A stretch of 64,000 bases of DNA from a virus (IMGVR_UViG_2609459822_000013:12652-76651); one strand, 5' to 3'; counted from the first letter of the stretch, positions 9,569 to 18,392 are shown. Notes: generated from the sequence alone by a model not told the origin. A program made the numbers and translations.

Positions 9569-9868
9569 ATGAAAAGCGATAAATTCATTGCGTGCTGTTT
9601 TGTTGAAGTGCCTAAAGGTGATGCCTTCTGCGATTATGAATTTAAAGACAGTTGGGGAAAATCTCATGTTGTAGTTGGGAAGCGCGGAGACTGGTTATAC
9701 ATAACAGACGACGACATGATTTTTACTGCAAACCAGTTATTCAAAATTAAGTCAGAAAATAGTGAAACGCCACTTTGCAGCATGTTTAACATGCATTATC
9801 ACTCACTATTATTGTTAAAACAAGATGTTATAAATAAAGCGCGTAGCTTACCTGGTGCTGAATTTTAA
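9569..9868 (+). CDS. Hypothetical phage protein
   Basis: Internal ATG (MKSDKFIAC) with GAAGGG upstream. Confidence 0.3.
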   Translation: MKSDKFIACCFVEVPKGDAFCDYEFKDSWGKSHVVVGKRGDWLYITDDDMIFTANQLFKIKSENSETPLCSMFNMHYHSLLLLKQDVINKARSLPGAEF

Positions 9869-9891
9869 TTTATTACTAAGGAGAATAAGCA

Positions 9892-10215
9892 ATGTACAAA
9901 TTTATCAGCGTTAAAGTTTTTCGTGGCACTTTACCGAGCAAGGAAACATTAGGGCAATTCGCCGGACAACCTGGCGCATGTTTCCGTGTAGCCACTGAAG
10001 ACGACGCGCACGTTAAATGCTTCCATGTAACTGAACCGCCTTTTAATGCAGACCATCTTGAAGACCTGAATAGAATTAAAAGCCTTATTTTTGCTTATCT
10101 GGCGTTCCCTGGAATGGGTGATACTGATGTTGAATTGCTTGGTGCTGAACTGTTTGCGGAATACAAAATGACTGAAGGTGTAACAGGGGGAATTGACATT
10201 GAGCGCATTAAGTAA
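9892..10215 (+). CDS. Hypothetical phage protein
   Basis: 107-aa ORF with AGGAG upstream. Confidence 0.3.
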   Translation: MYKFISVKVFRGTLPSKETLGQFAGQPGACFRVATEDDAHVKCFHVTEPPFNADHLEDLNRIKSLIFAYLAFPGMGDTDVELLGAELFAEYKMTEGVTGGIDIERIK

Positions 10216-10453
10216 GCTATACAAGATCAGGTGTAAAGGCGAATACCCTGGCTTTACTACTGGATGCGAATACCTGGGCCATATTGGGTATGGATCTTTC
10301 GGTGAATTAGGGATGAATACGCTTGACGACGACGGCGACAGCAGGACGCTTGATCTTGATTCTGATGATTTCGAATACATCCCGCCAGTGACTTCCCGCG
10401 TAGTTGATGAGTTCCTGGCTGAACATGAAGATGATGAGGATGATTATGATTGA
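10193..10453 (+). CDS. Small protein with strongly acidic C-terminal tail
   Basis: 86 aa; C-terminal third dominated by D/E (DDDGDSRTLDLDSDDFEY...HEDDEDDYD). Confidence 0.3.
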   Translation: MTLSALSKLYKIRCKGEYPGFTTGCEYLGHIGYGSFGELGMNTLDDDGDSRTLDLDSDDFEYIPPVTSRVVDEFLAEHEDDEDDYD

Positions 10454-10636
10454 ATGCCTTATTGCTGTGATTGTTTTGCTTTATATCGCTGGCGCGATCC
10501 TGATGTCATGTTTTATTAAGTATAGCGGCGCTGAACCTGGTGGCCTTGAGATTCCTTTATGGCCTGTAGTGATGTTTCTCGCTTTCTTTGATGCTACGGT
10601 AGTGCAGATCAAGCGAGCTATTAAGGAGCGCAAGAA

Positions 10637-10819
10637 ATGATTGAAGACGGTATCTATGGTGTAAACCTGATGGAGAACGTTTTTTACATGGTGGACGGCG
10701 ATACTGTAACAATCAGCTTCGATGGTGGGGAATATGCAGAGCCATTCTTCAAAACAACAAGGGAAGACATTAAGCACGGCGTTGATAACGGCGTACTGTT
10801 TAAGGTTGGCGAGTTATGA
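10637..10819 (+). CDS. Hypothetical small phage protein
   Basis: 60-aa ORF; shares xEDGIY N-terminus with the next small ORF (paralog-like). Confidence 0.3.
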   Translation: MIEDGIYGVNLMENVFYMVDGDTVTISFDGGEYAEPFFKTTREDIKHGVDNGVLFKVGEL

Positions 10820-10989
10820 ACGAGATCGAAGACGGTATCTATTTGCACATGTTATTTAATATCGCCTATTTGGTTAAAGGTGATAAGGTGATGACACAAA
10901 GCGCTGGCAATAAATATTGGGAATCAAGCGGAATGGATCGGTGGCATATGCAGATGTTGCTTGATAATGGCCTGATATACAGGAAGCAG

Positions 10990-11257
10990 TAAAGCCGTAT
11001 TTGTGGGGGGCAGTATGGAAGAAATGATTTTGCTGTCATTAATATGGCATCGGTTCGGGAGTGAAAAAGGTTACTCGCCTGCTTGCTGGCTGGATAGTAA
11101 AAGTGGGAAGGGGGATCAAAACGAATGCGAATTTAGAAGGGAGTGGCGAGGCGGTAAGGAAGTGCAAGGATATTTTGCACCGAAACACGTCGCCGCCAAA
11201 TACAAAGAATGGCTTGTTCGTTTGCTTGGCCCTTATCGTTAAAGCCGTATTTGTGGG
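10990..11257 (+). repeat. 18-bp direct repeat (taaagccgtatttgtggg) at 10990-11007 and 11240-11257
   Basis: Both copies begin with the stop codon of the preceding ORF and read identically in the sequence. Confidence 0.6.
11003..11242 (+). CDS. Hypothetical small protein flanked by an 18-bp direct repeat
   Basis: 79-aa ORF lying between two copies of taaagccgtatttgtggg. Confidence 0.3.
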   Translation: MGGSMEEMILLSLIWHRFGSEKGYSPACWLDSKSGKGDQNECEFRREWRGGKEVQGYFAPKHVAAKYKEWLVRLLGPYR

Positions 11258-11279
11258 TCGAAAACAAACAGATTAAAAT
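11251..11279 (+). promoter_or_regulatory. Candidate sigma70 promoter upstream of the lysis cassette (possible late promoter)
   Basis: TTGTGG, 17-nt spacer, TAAAAT; followed within ~30 nt by an intrinsic terminator, a lambda pR'/tR'-like arrangement. Confidence 0.3.
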
Positions 11280-11307
11280 ATTACCTAACAATGCGAAACT
11301 GTAACTA

Positions 11308-11329
11308 CCCGGCCCCGTGCCGGGTTTTT
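11308..11329 (+). terminator. Rho-independent terminator just upstream of the holin gene (tR'-like)
   Basis: GC hairpin cccggc-cccgt-gccggg followed by T5. Confidence 0.5.
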
Positions 11330-11349
11330 GCTTTGTTGGAGGTAAATCT

Positions 11350-11550
11350 ATGTTCGACAGAATACGGGAGGCATGTGCGTATGTGACTGGGGCCGTAACT
11401 GCTTTTTTCGGCGCGATAACCATCAATGATATTGCCGTCTTTGTGGGTATCTTATCAACCGTAGGCACATTTGCCGTTAATTATTACTTCAAATCGCAGG
11501 AGAACAAGCGAGCGCAAGAGGAACACGACGCGCGAATGGGGAATAAGTAA
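11350..11550 (+). CDS. Holin (small two-segment membrane protein)
   Basis: ATG with GGAGGT 7 nt upstream; 66 aa, two hydrophobic segments, charged C-terminus; directly precedes the endolysin. Confidence 0.6.
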   Translation: MFDRIREACAYVTGAVTAFFGAITINDIAVFVGILSTVGTFAVNYYFKSQENKRAQEEHDARMGNK

Positions 11551-11551
11551 C

Positions 11552-12043
11552 ATGATTAGCCAATCGCTGAAAAATAAGATTATTGCGGCGGCGGCTGGTG
11601 GGGCGATCGCTATTGCGGGGATGATGATAAAAGATCTTGAAGGCGTTGAGTATAAGCCGTACAGAGATGTCATCGGTGTTTACACGATATGTTATGGACA
11701 CGTCGGAAAAGACATCATGCTTGGGAAGACTTACACGCAATCAGAATGCGATGCTTTGTTAAATAAAGATCTACACAAGACCGCAAAAGCGATTGACCCA
11801 TATATCAAAGTCGAAATATCAGATTTTACCCGCGCTGCACTTTATTCCTTCGCCTATAACGTAGGCGCAACCAACTTCAAAACATCAACCTTATTAAAAC
11901 TACTCAATGACGGCAAGAAATCAGAAGCGTGCGCACAGCTTAAGCGCTGGGTATACGCTGGCGGTAAGAAGTGGCAAGGCCTGGTAAACCGCCGCGAGGT
12001 TGAATATGCCGTTTGCGAATGGGGGGAAACGTGGACAAGGTGA
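11552..12043 (+). CDS. SAR endolysin (phage lysozyme)
   Basis: N-terminal Gly/Ala-rich signal-anchor ([14 protein letters not shown]) and lysozyme E...D...T catalytic triad; resembles P21 R / RrrD. Confidence 0.85.
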   Translation: MISQSLKNKIIAAAAGGAIAIAGMMIKDLEGVEYKPYRDVIGVYTICYGHVGKDIMLGKTYTQSECDALLNKDLHKTAKAIDPYIKVEISDFTRAALYSFAYNVGATNFKTSTLLKLLNDGKKSEACAQLKRWVYAGGKKWQGLVNRREVEYAVCEWGETWTR

Positions 12044-12501
12044 AGGCGTTAATTATCGCCGCTGTTGTTTGCATTATTGCCGGACTGACCGCCGTAACAT
12101 GTTATTACCAGGGTGAGGCGGCAAGGTTACAGGAAGAAGTCACGGTAACGAAAGGCGCACTGAAAACGGCAAGTAACACTATTCAGCAGATGAAGGAGCG
12201 AAACGCCGAACTGTCAAAACTTGATAAGAGGTATCACGATGAGATTAAAGCTATCAGATCTGACATTGCCGATCTGCGCACTGGCATTGATAACGGTACT
12301 ATCCGGTTGCGCGTCAACGCAATACCCGTGCGAGTGTCCGACCCCGCCGCGACCGCCAGCCGCATTGATGGAGCCACCTGCGAGCTTGATGCCACTGCTA
12401 GACAATCTTATCTATCCCTCAGAGAACAACTAAAAGAGAAAGACGCACAGATCACTGGCCTACAGGACTACATCAAAACTCAGTGTTTACGCAAAGAATA
12501 G
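12019..12501 (+). CDS. Rz-like i-spanin
   Basis: N-terminal transmembrane segment plus coiled-coil periplasmic domain; Rz1 embedded in +1 frame; exact start uncertain (ATG 12019 or GTG 12031). Confidence 0.6.
   Translation: MGGNVDKVKALIIAAVVCIIAGLTAVTCYYQGEAARLQEEVTVTKGALKTASNTIQQMKERNAELSKLDKRYHDEIKAIRSDIADLRTGIDNGTIRLRVNAIPVRVSDPAATASRIDGATCELDATARQSYLSLREQLKEKDAQITGLQDYIKTQCLRKE
12239..12433 (+). CDS. Rz1-like o-spanin lipoprotein
   Basis: Embedded within Rz; lipobox LSGC followed by a proline-rich segment. Confidence 0.7.
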   Translation: MRLKLSDLTLPICALALITVLSGCASTQYPCECPTPPRPPAALMEPPASLMPLLDNLIYPSENN

Positions 12502-12780
12502 CAGCGCGTTGACGTGTCGCCGTTTCTGTCAGCCAGCCATAACCGGGCCAATCCTTCCCGCGAGCGACGGCGGAATAGTCAAAAACACGTAATACCGGAT
12601 CAACAGTCCCATTAACAGGTCAGGCGCTACCTGGGTAGAAGAAAGCGCCATTCACCAATTTTATAAAATTCTGGAAACGGTACTGATGAAGCGCCGTTTT
12701 CAGTGTTTTATAACTGTTTTCACTCCCTGCGGTGTCGAGTTTTGCGGGGGTTATATTTTTCAGAATAGGAGATTATTCTG

Positions 12781-13323
12781 ATGGCTAAGGCTAAAGGCAT
12801 TAAATTGCCTCAATTTAAGATCCCACTCTTTGAGCATACAACCGTTTTTTTTTGCCCGACCCGCGAGATGTTCTATGAATTTTGCGAAAAGGCAGGAATT
12901 CCGATTGAACCTGATTTCGAGTTGGCTGGAGGATTAACGCTTACTTGCACTGGCGAGAATGGTGGTAACTTCTACGTGATCGCAGTATTCAACAATGAGT
13001 TGGGAACGCTGGTCCATGAATGCGCCCACACTACATTCCACGTTTTAAGTGATGTAGGCGTCGTGGCTACCACGGATCCTACCCATCCGGCGAATGAGAC
13101 TTACGCTTACATGGTAGGCCGTATCTTCGATGCGTTTTTCCCTATCCTAGCAGAATCAAACGAAGCACAGGTTGCAGCAATGCAGGCGGCAGAAGTCGTC
13201 GATCAGGCGCTGGAACAGGCAGAACAGCCGAAGGAAGAAGAAAAGCCAGCGAAGAAAGGTAAACGTAAGCCTAAGCAAAAAGATGCGTTAGTCCAGCGTG
13301 TAATGAGCTTTAAACGAGGCTGA
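12781..13323 (+). CDS. HExxH-motif protein (putative zinc metallopeptidase-like) with lysine-rich C-terminal tail
   Basis: 180 aa; LVHECAHTTFH motif; C-terminal KEEEKPAKKGKRKPKQK tail. Confidence 0.4.
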   Translation: MAKAKGIKLPQFKIPLFEHTTVFFCPTREMFYEFCEKAGIPIEPDFELAGGLTLTCTGENGGNFYVIAVFNNELGTLVHECAHTTFHVLSDVGVVATTDPTHPANETYAYMVGRIFDAFFPILAESNEAQVAAMQAAEVVDQALEQAEQPKEEEKPAKKGKRKPKQKDALVQRVMSFKRG

Positions 13324-13325
13324 TT

Positions 13326-13415
13326 ATGATTGCATCAATATTAACGTTTATAGGCGGTATGGCGGCTGGATTCATTCTTTGCATGTTTCTGGTGGTTATG
13401 TCTAAGCAGGATTGA
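13326..13415 (+). CDS. Mini-ORF 1 of 9: 29-aa single-helix hydrophobic peptide
   Basis: MIASILTFIGGMAAGFILCMFLVVMSKQD; ATG 3 nt after the upstream stop. Confidence 0.4.
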   Translation: MIASILTFIGGMAAGFILCMFLVVMSKQD

Positions 13416-13417
13416 TT

Positions 13418-13525
13418 ATGGATGATTACATTATCGCCGGATTAATCGGTATCTCTGTGTTTCTGGTGGGTTCTATTATAGTTGCGCTGATAAACGTATA
13501 TATCAAGTATTTGGTGGAGGGGTAA
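13418..13525 (+). CDS. Mini-ORF 2 of 9: 35-aa hydrophobic peptide
   Basis: MDDYIIAGLIGISVFLVGSIIVALINVYIKYLVEG; AGGA upstream. Confidence 0.4.
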   Translation: MDDYIIAGLIGISVFLVGSIIVALINVYIKYLVEG

Positions 13526-13526
13526 G

Positions 13527-13601
13527 ATGATTGACCCGCTCATTATCCTTTCTGCCTGCGTCGCTGTATGGCTGGCGATCATGATATTCATTGAAAGCTG
13601 A
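13527..13601 (+). CDS. Mini-ORF 3 of 9: 24-aa hydrophobic peptide
   Basis: MIDPLIILSACVAVWLAIMIFIES; GGAGG upstream. Confidence 0.4.
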   Translation: MIDPLIILSACVAVWLAIMIFIES

Positions 13602-13612
13602 AGGCATCCACA

Positions 13613-13693
13613 ATGAACGCATACGAAATGCTATTGCTGGTGGCTGTAGTTGTAGTCATTGCCGTAGATGTTTATCGGGAGTTTAAAAAATGA
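13613..13693 (+). CDS. Mini-ORF 4 of 9: 26-aa hydrophobic peptide
   Basis: MNAYEMLLLVAVVVVIAVDVYREFKK; AAGG upstream. Confidence 0.4.
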   Translation: MNAYEMLLLVAVVVVIAVDVYREFKK

Positions 13694-13758
13694 AATGGCT
13701 TGATTTCTTTTTCCTGATTGTTGCAATTGTTCTCACTATGATCGCACTGACTCAATAG
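13690..13758 (+). CDS. Mini-ORF 5 of 9: 22-aa hydrophobic peptide
   Basis: MKWLDFFFLIVAIVLTMIALTQ; ATGA overlap with ORF 4. Confidence 0.35.
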   Translation: MKWLDFFFLIVAIVLTMIALTQ

Positions 13759-13766
13759 GTGAGCTA

Positions 13767-13841
13767 ATGAACGCTATTGATATTATGTTGATCGTGTGTA
13801 CAGTTGCGTTATTTATTATCTTGGTAATTATCAATGTCTGA
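13767..13841 (+). CDS. Mini-ORF 6 of 9: 24-aa hydrophobic peptide
   Basis: MNAIDIMLIVCTVALFIILVIINV; GGTGAG upstream. Confidence 0.4.
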   Translation: MNAIDIMLIVCTVALFIILVIINV

Positions 13842-13899
13842 CAGTGATTTCTTAATTATAGCTATAAGCGCGTTATTAGTTGTCGTTTTCTTCGCGTAA
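13834..13899 (+). CDS. Mini-ORF 7 of 9: 21-aa hydrophobic peptide
   Basis: MSDSDFLIIAISALLVVVFFA; overlaps ORF 6, no clear SD (coupled). Confidence 0.3.
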   Translation: MSDSDFLIIAISALLVVVFFA

Positions 13900-13913
13900 G
13901 CAGGATGGAAAAC

Positions 13914-13985
13914 ATGAAAGACTCAGATTTCTTCTATATGGTTTTCACTATCGTCATTATTACTTGGGTGCTTTCTGTTATGTGA
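13914..13985 (+). CDS. Mini-ORF 8 of 9: 23-aa hydrophobic peptide
   Basis: MKDSDFFYMVFTIVIITWVLSVM; AGGA upstream; N-terminus paralogous to ORF 7. Confidence 0.4.
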   Translation: MKDSDFFYMVFTIVIITWVLSVM

Positions 13986-13996
13986 AGGGTGAAAAG

Positions 13997-14080
13997 ATGA
14001 AAGAATTATTCTACTGGTTGGAAGTATTAACGTACTGCGCAAGTATTGTGATTTGCGTATATATCATCATTAATTTTTGA
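13997..14080 (+). CDS. Mini-ORF 9 of 9: 27-aa hydrophobic peptide
   Basis: MKELFYWLEVLTYCASIVICVYIIINF; GGGTGA upstream; track ORF 13880-14080 is a run-on of this frame. Confidence 0.4.
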   Translation: MKELFYWLEVLTYCASIVICVYIIINF

Positions 14081-14090
14081 GAGGTGAATT

Positions 14091-14576
14091 ATGGCCCGCA
14101 CGAAAAAGGCAAATGCTGACGATAAAAAGCCAGCAGCCAAAAAGACGGGCCGTCCGCATGGCTATACCGAAGAAAAGGCATTAGAGATCTGTGAACTAGT
14201 GGCGGACGGTCATAGCGTTAATAAAATTTCGAAGATGCCAGGTATGCCAACGCGTTCGACGATCCTTAAATGGTTCAGAGATGTGCCGGAGTTTTCGGAC
14301 ATGTATGTACGCGCGAAGGAGATCGGTTTTGAGGTTTTAGCCGATGAGATCATAGATATAGCAGATGCAGCAGAGAACACTGATAAAGATCAATTGCGCC
14401 GCCATCAACTGATGATTGAAACGCGTAAATGGTTACTGGCAAAACTGCAACCGCGTAAATACGGTGAACGCGTCACACAGGAGATTGTCGGCAATAGGGA
14501 GGAGGCGCCAGTACAGGTGGAAGTAACGAAAGAAGAGATCGCCCGCATCGTCCAGGAAGTAGAAGATGAGGTGTGA
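14091..14576 (+). CDS. Terminase small subunit
   Basis: 161 aa; basic N-terminus, HTH-like segment; directly upstream of and overlapping the large terminase. Confidence 0.55.
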   Translation: MARTKKANADDKKPAAKKTGRPHGYTEEKALEICELVADGHSVNKISKMPGMPTRSTILKWFRDVPEFSDMYVRAKEIGFEVLADEIIDIADAAENTDKDQLRRHQLMIETRKWLLAKLQPRKYGERVTQEIVGNREEAPVQVEVTKEEIARIVQEVEDEV

Positions 14577-16057
14577 TTATGTTGACAATCAAAGAACGAG
14601 TTATTCAGTCCAAATGCGAAAAAGATGGCCTGTTTTTCAATCGCTACTTCTATAAGCAAGCGAACGGAACGAAGATGTTATTATCAGGCCATCATTTAGC
14701 TATCCGCGACGCACTGCAACGCGTTATTAAAGGTGAGATAACCCGACTCATCATTAACATCCCCCCGGGGTACGGCAAAACCATGATTGCCACTATCAAT
14801 ATGATGGCGCGGTCCCTCGCAATAAATCCCCGCACAAGATTCCTTCACGTTTCCTATTCCAACAACCTGGCGCTACTCAACTCCTCGACTGTAAGGAACA
14901 TGATCTGCACGCCTGAATATCAGGCAATGTGGCCCATGAAGATCCGCAACGATGCCAACTCAAAATCGATGTGGTGGACTGAATACGGTGGCGGCGTGTA
15001 TGCAACGTCATCACTTGGTCAGGTTACTGGGTTCCGTGCAGGGTACATGGAACCAGGATTTAATGGCGCGTTAATCATCGACGACCCATTAAAACCCGCT
15101 GACGCTTACTCTGACGTGGTGAGAAAGCAGGTGAACACCAACTATAACGATACGCTTGCATCGCGTCTGGCAGTGCAAACAACGCCTGTTATCGTCATCA
15201 TGCAGCGCATCCACTACGATGATTTGTCCGGCTACCTGTTACGCGGCGGGAGCGGTGAAAAGTGGTATCACCTTAACCTGCCAGTGAAGATCGACAACAG
15301 CGTTGACTACCGGGATTTGTATCCTGAAAACGAGTTCGCCATCCCTATTCCTCACAACCTGCCAGACGGCTGGCTGTGGCCTAAAAAGCACAATGACGCC
15401 CATGAAGCCGGACTGAAAGCACACAGGCGGTCATTTGAGGCCCAGTACATGCAGCGCCCGCGTAAATTCGACGAAGAGGGTGCATTGTGGACTGAAGCCA
15501 TGATAACCGCAGCGCACCGGATGCAGATAACGCAGGACAAGATCCGCACGGTGATAGCCATCGACCCTGCGACAACGTCATCTGATGAGTCAGACGAAAC
15601 AGGGATTGTAGCCTGTTCCGCTTATGGTGGTGGCAAGAATGCTCAGTATTCTGTTGATGGCGACTATTCAGGCCGTATGTCACCTAACGACTGGGCGCAA
15701 GCATCAATGAACGCTTATAACATCCATGAAGCTGACGCGATGGTTATCGAAACCAACCAGGGTGGTGATATGGCAGAGGCCACACTACGCAATGCCGGAT
15801 TTAAGGGCCGCATTGTTAAGGTGCACGCAAGCAAGGGTAAGTTCGCCCGTGCTGAACCAATATCTGCGCTATATGCACAAGGAAGGGTGGCACACACTGG
15901 TGAGCTATACACGCTGGAAAATCAAATGATGGAATACGTGCCAGCTACCGCTAAAAAATCCCCTGACCGTATGGACGCTATGGTGTGGGGCATCACTGAA
16001 TTAAGCCAACCGCAGGCAATGGGCCTCATGTTACCGAAGCGCCTGCGCGGATTTTAA
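14573..16057 (+). CDS. Terminase large subunit
   Basis: 494 aa; Walker A-like PPGYGKT; position between terS and portal. Confidence 0.65.
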   Translation: MIMLTIKERVIQSKCEKDGLFFNRYFYKQANGTKMLLSGHHLAIRDALQRVIKGEITRLIINIPPGYGKTMIATINMMARSLAINPRTRFLHVSYSNNLALLNSSTVRNMICTPEYQAMWPMKIRNDANSKSMWWTEYGGGVYATSSLGQVTGFRAGYMEPGFNGALIIDDPLKPADAYSDVVRKQVNTNYNDTLASRLAVQTTPVIVIMQRIHYDDLSGYLLRGGSGEKWYHLNLPVKIDNSVDYRDLYPENEFAIPIPHNLPDGWLWPKKHNDAHEAGLKAHRRSFEAQYMQRPRKFDEEGALWTEAMITAAHRMQITQDKIRTVIAIDPATTSSDESDETGIVACSAYGGGKNAQYSVDGDYSGRMSPNDWAQASMNAYNIHEADAMVIETNQGGDMAEATLRNAGFKGRIVKVHASKGKFARAEPISALYAQGRVAHTGELYTLENQMMEYVPATAKKSPDRMDAMVWGITELSQPQAMGLMLPKRLRGF

Positions 16058-16114
16058 AAACCATCCCACAATCCCCCGCAAGTTTTTCTATTTTTCGCGT
16101 AGCTACGCGTAAAC

Positions 16115-17506
16115 ATGTATTCAGGAGTAAACATTATGCCATCCAATTTAGAATTGGCGGTTAATGCTGCCTTGTCACAACGCCAGGCGGCCTATGCCCG
16201 CTATGCAGCGGCACATCCGTTCACTATGGGGATAGATGCCAAACGTGATGCTGCGTGGAGCGAATACGGATTCAAAGAAGAGATCACGTATCACGATCTA
16301 TACAAACTGTACAGACGCGGCGGCATCGCTCACGGTGCTGTAGAAAAGATTGTTACGACTTGCTGGCGCACCAAGCCAAAGATGATTGAAGGAACTGAAG
16401 ACGAGAAAGCGAAAAAGGAAACACCGTGGGAAAGAGAAATCAAGAAGAAATTTAACAACAGATTTTGGCGCACTGTTGCTGAATGTGATCGCCGCCGCCT
16501 CATTGGTCGTTACTCTGGTCTGTTAATTCATATCAGAGATAACAAGCCGTGGGATCAGCCAGTGACAAAAGGCGTAGGCATTGCAAAATTTACCCCTGTG
16601 TGGGCTGGCGCTCTTACACCGAAGGACTTCGAAGAAAACCCGGATAATGAAAACTATGGCCTGCCAACGTGGTGGGAATACAAAGAACGCATTAACAGTA
16701 AGACCATTGCCAGAAAGATCCACCCTGACCGCATATTCATCTTTGGCGACTATTCTGATGATGTCATCGCTTTCCTTGAACCTTCCTACAACGCATTCGT
16801 ATCACTGGAAAAAGTGGAGGGCGGTAGTGGTGAATCATTCCTGAAAAACGCAGCGCGTCAGCTTGCCATTTCGTTCGATAAAGAGATTGACTTCCGTTCC
16901 CTGGCTGCAACATACGATTGCGACGTTACAGAGTTACGCGAAAGATTCAATGAGGCTACGGCTGAAATGAATAAGGGTAATGACGTAATGATGGCGTTAC
17001 AGGGTGCGACAGTAAGCCCGCTGGTTACTGCCGTATCTGACCCGTCATCAACCTATGACGTAAACCTGCAAACCGCCGCCGCTGGTGTTGATATTCCAAC
17101 CCGCATCTTGGTTGGGAACCAGCAGGGAGAACGCGCATCAACCGAAGACCTGCGTTACTTCAACAGCCGCTGCATGACCCGCAGGGAGGAAATCGGTGGC
17201 GAGATTGAAGATCTGTTCCGCAAGATGGCAGATCTACGCCTTATCAGTATGCCAGTAGATGTATCAGTGCTATGGGACGACCTTAACGCCATGACCAAAG
17301 CAGAGCTACTGGAAGCCGCAGACAAGATGGCGCAAATCAATCAGGCTTGTTTGGCTACTGGTGAAGAAATATTTAGCGGCGATGAGATCCGCGAGGCTGC
17401 CGGATACGATGGCCCAGCCAGTGAAGTAGAAACGGAAGAGGATGACGATGATGAAGGTGAAGAAAATAATCAGGCGAATACCTCCAGCCGCGATAATGCC
17501 ATCTAA
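16115..17506 (+). CDS. Portal protein (putative)
   Basis: 463 aa; position after terL; acidic C-terminus. Confidence 0.5.
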   Translation: MYSGVNIMPSNLELAVNAALSQRQAAYARYAAAHPFTMGIDAKRDAAWSEYGFKEEITYHDLYKLYRRGGIAHGAVEKIVTTCWRTKPKMIEGTEDEKAKKETPWEREIKKKFNNRFWRTVAECDRRRLIGRYSGLLIHIRDNKPWDQPVTKGVGIAKFTPVWAGALTPKDFEENPDNENYGLPTWWEYKERINSKTIARKIHPDRIFIFGDYSDDVIAFLEPSYNAFVSLEKVEGGSGESFLKNAARQLAISFDKEIDFRSLAATYDCDVTELRERFNEATAEMNKGNDVMMALQGATVSPLVTAVSDPSSTYDVNLQTAAAGVDIPTRILVGNQQGERASTEDLRYFNSRCMTRREEIGGEIEDLFRKMADLRLISMPVDVSVLWDDLNAMTKAELLEAADKMAQINQACLATGEEIFSGDEIREAAGYDGPASEVETEEDDDDEGEENNQANTSSRDNAI

Positions 17507-18392
17507 CACCGAAGACCCGACCATGACAGGGAAGTTAAGGTCGGGAGCTATTAAGCGTTTTAAAGCCTGCCTGAAGAAAGTTGCGGATCCGTATATCGCC
17601 ATACTGGACAAAATACAATATAGCCTGGCTGTTAATAAGAAATATACCTTCCAGATTTACATGGATGAATTGCACGACATGCTGGAGGACGCCAGCGACA
17701 TGATTGATGAGATATTCGAGCTAACCGACCCGGAAAGTTTTTGGTTCTGGCAGGAATACGTGAAGGTCGCGTATCAGCGAGGCACGGCACAGGAATACGC
17801 CAACCTTGCTAACCAGTCTGTCACGTACTCAAGCGTTTATCCCGATGTATCTGCCGTACTATCAAGCACAACCTACCGCACGCGCCTTGCCCTGGTCCGT
17901 ACCCGTGTATTTGAGGAAATGCGCGGGCTGACCGCACAGATCAAAAAGGATATGGCCCGGCGATTAACAGAAGGGATGGCACGTGGATTAAATCCACTGG
18001 AAATAGCGCGCACATTGAATCAGGAAACGCAATTACCACTGTACAGGTGCAAACGTATTGCCCGAACTGAAATATGCACGGCGTTACGCACAGCGCGCAT
18101 GGATGAGGCAGAAGCGGCGACAGAAGAATTTAATCTGCGCACTATGCAAATGCACATTTCGGCATTGTCACCGACTACCAGGCTATCGCACGCGCAGCGG
18201 CACGGGAAAATATACACCATAGATGAGCAGCGCGAATGGTGGAGCAGAACCCCAAATTCAATTAACTGCAAATGTAGCACGATTACCGTATTAGTTGACG
18301 AAGACGGTAACATATTAAACGAACGAATATTAGATCGGGCGCAAGAAAACTATAAAGTTGCGTACGCTAAATATGGCGAAGATTGGGAGTAA
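17442..18392 (+). CDS. Head morphogenesis / minor head protein (putative)
   Basis: 316 aa; position after portal. Confidence 0.4.
   Translation: MTMMKVKKIIRRIPPAAIMPSNTEDPTMTGKLRSGAIKRFKACLKKVADPYIAILDKIQYSLAVNKKYTFQIYMDELHDMLEDASDMIDEIFELTDPESFWFWQEYVKVAYQRGTAQEYANLANQSVTYSSVYPDVSAVLSSTTYRTRLALVRTRVFEEMRGLTAQIKKDMARRLTEGMARGLNPLEIARTLNQETQLPLYRCKRIARTEICTALRTARMDEAEAATEEFNLRTMQMHISALSPTTRLSHAQRHGKIYTIDEQREWWSRTPNSINCKCSTITVLVDEDGNILNERILDRAQENYKVAYAKYGEDWE

Noticed and set aside
11317-11349. GTG start for the holin given by the track
   Set aside because: The GTG lies inside the terminator hairpin; ATG at 11350 has a strong GGAGGT RBS and gives a typical holin length.
13880-14080. 66-aa ORF in the six-frame track
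   Set aside because: Run-on of the ninth mini-ORF frame through the preceding mini-ORF region; real start taken as ATG 13997 with GGGTGA upstream.
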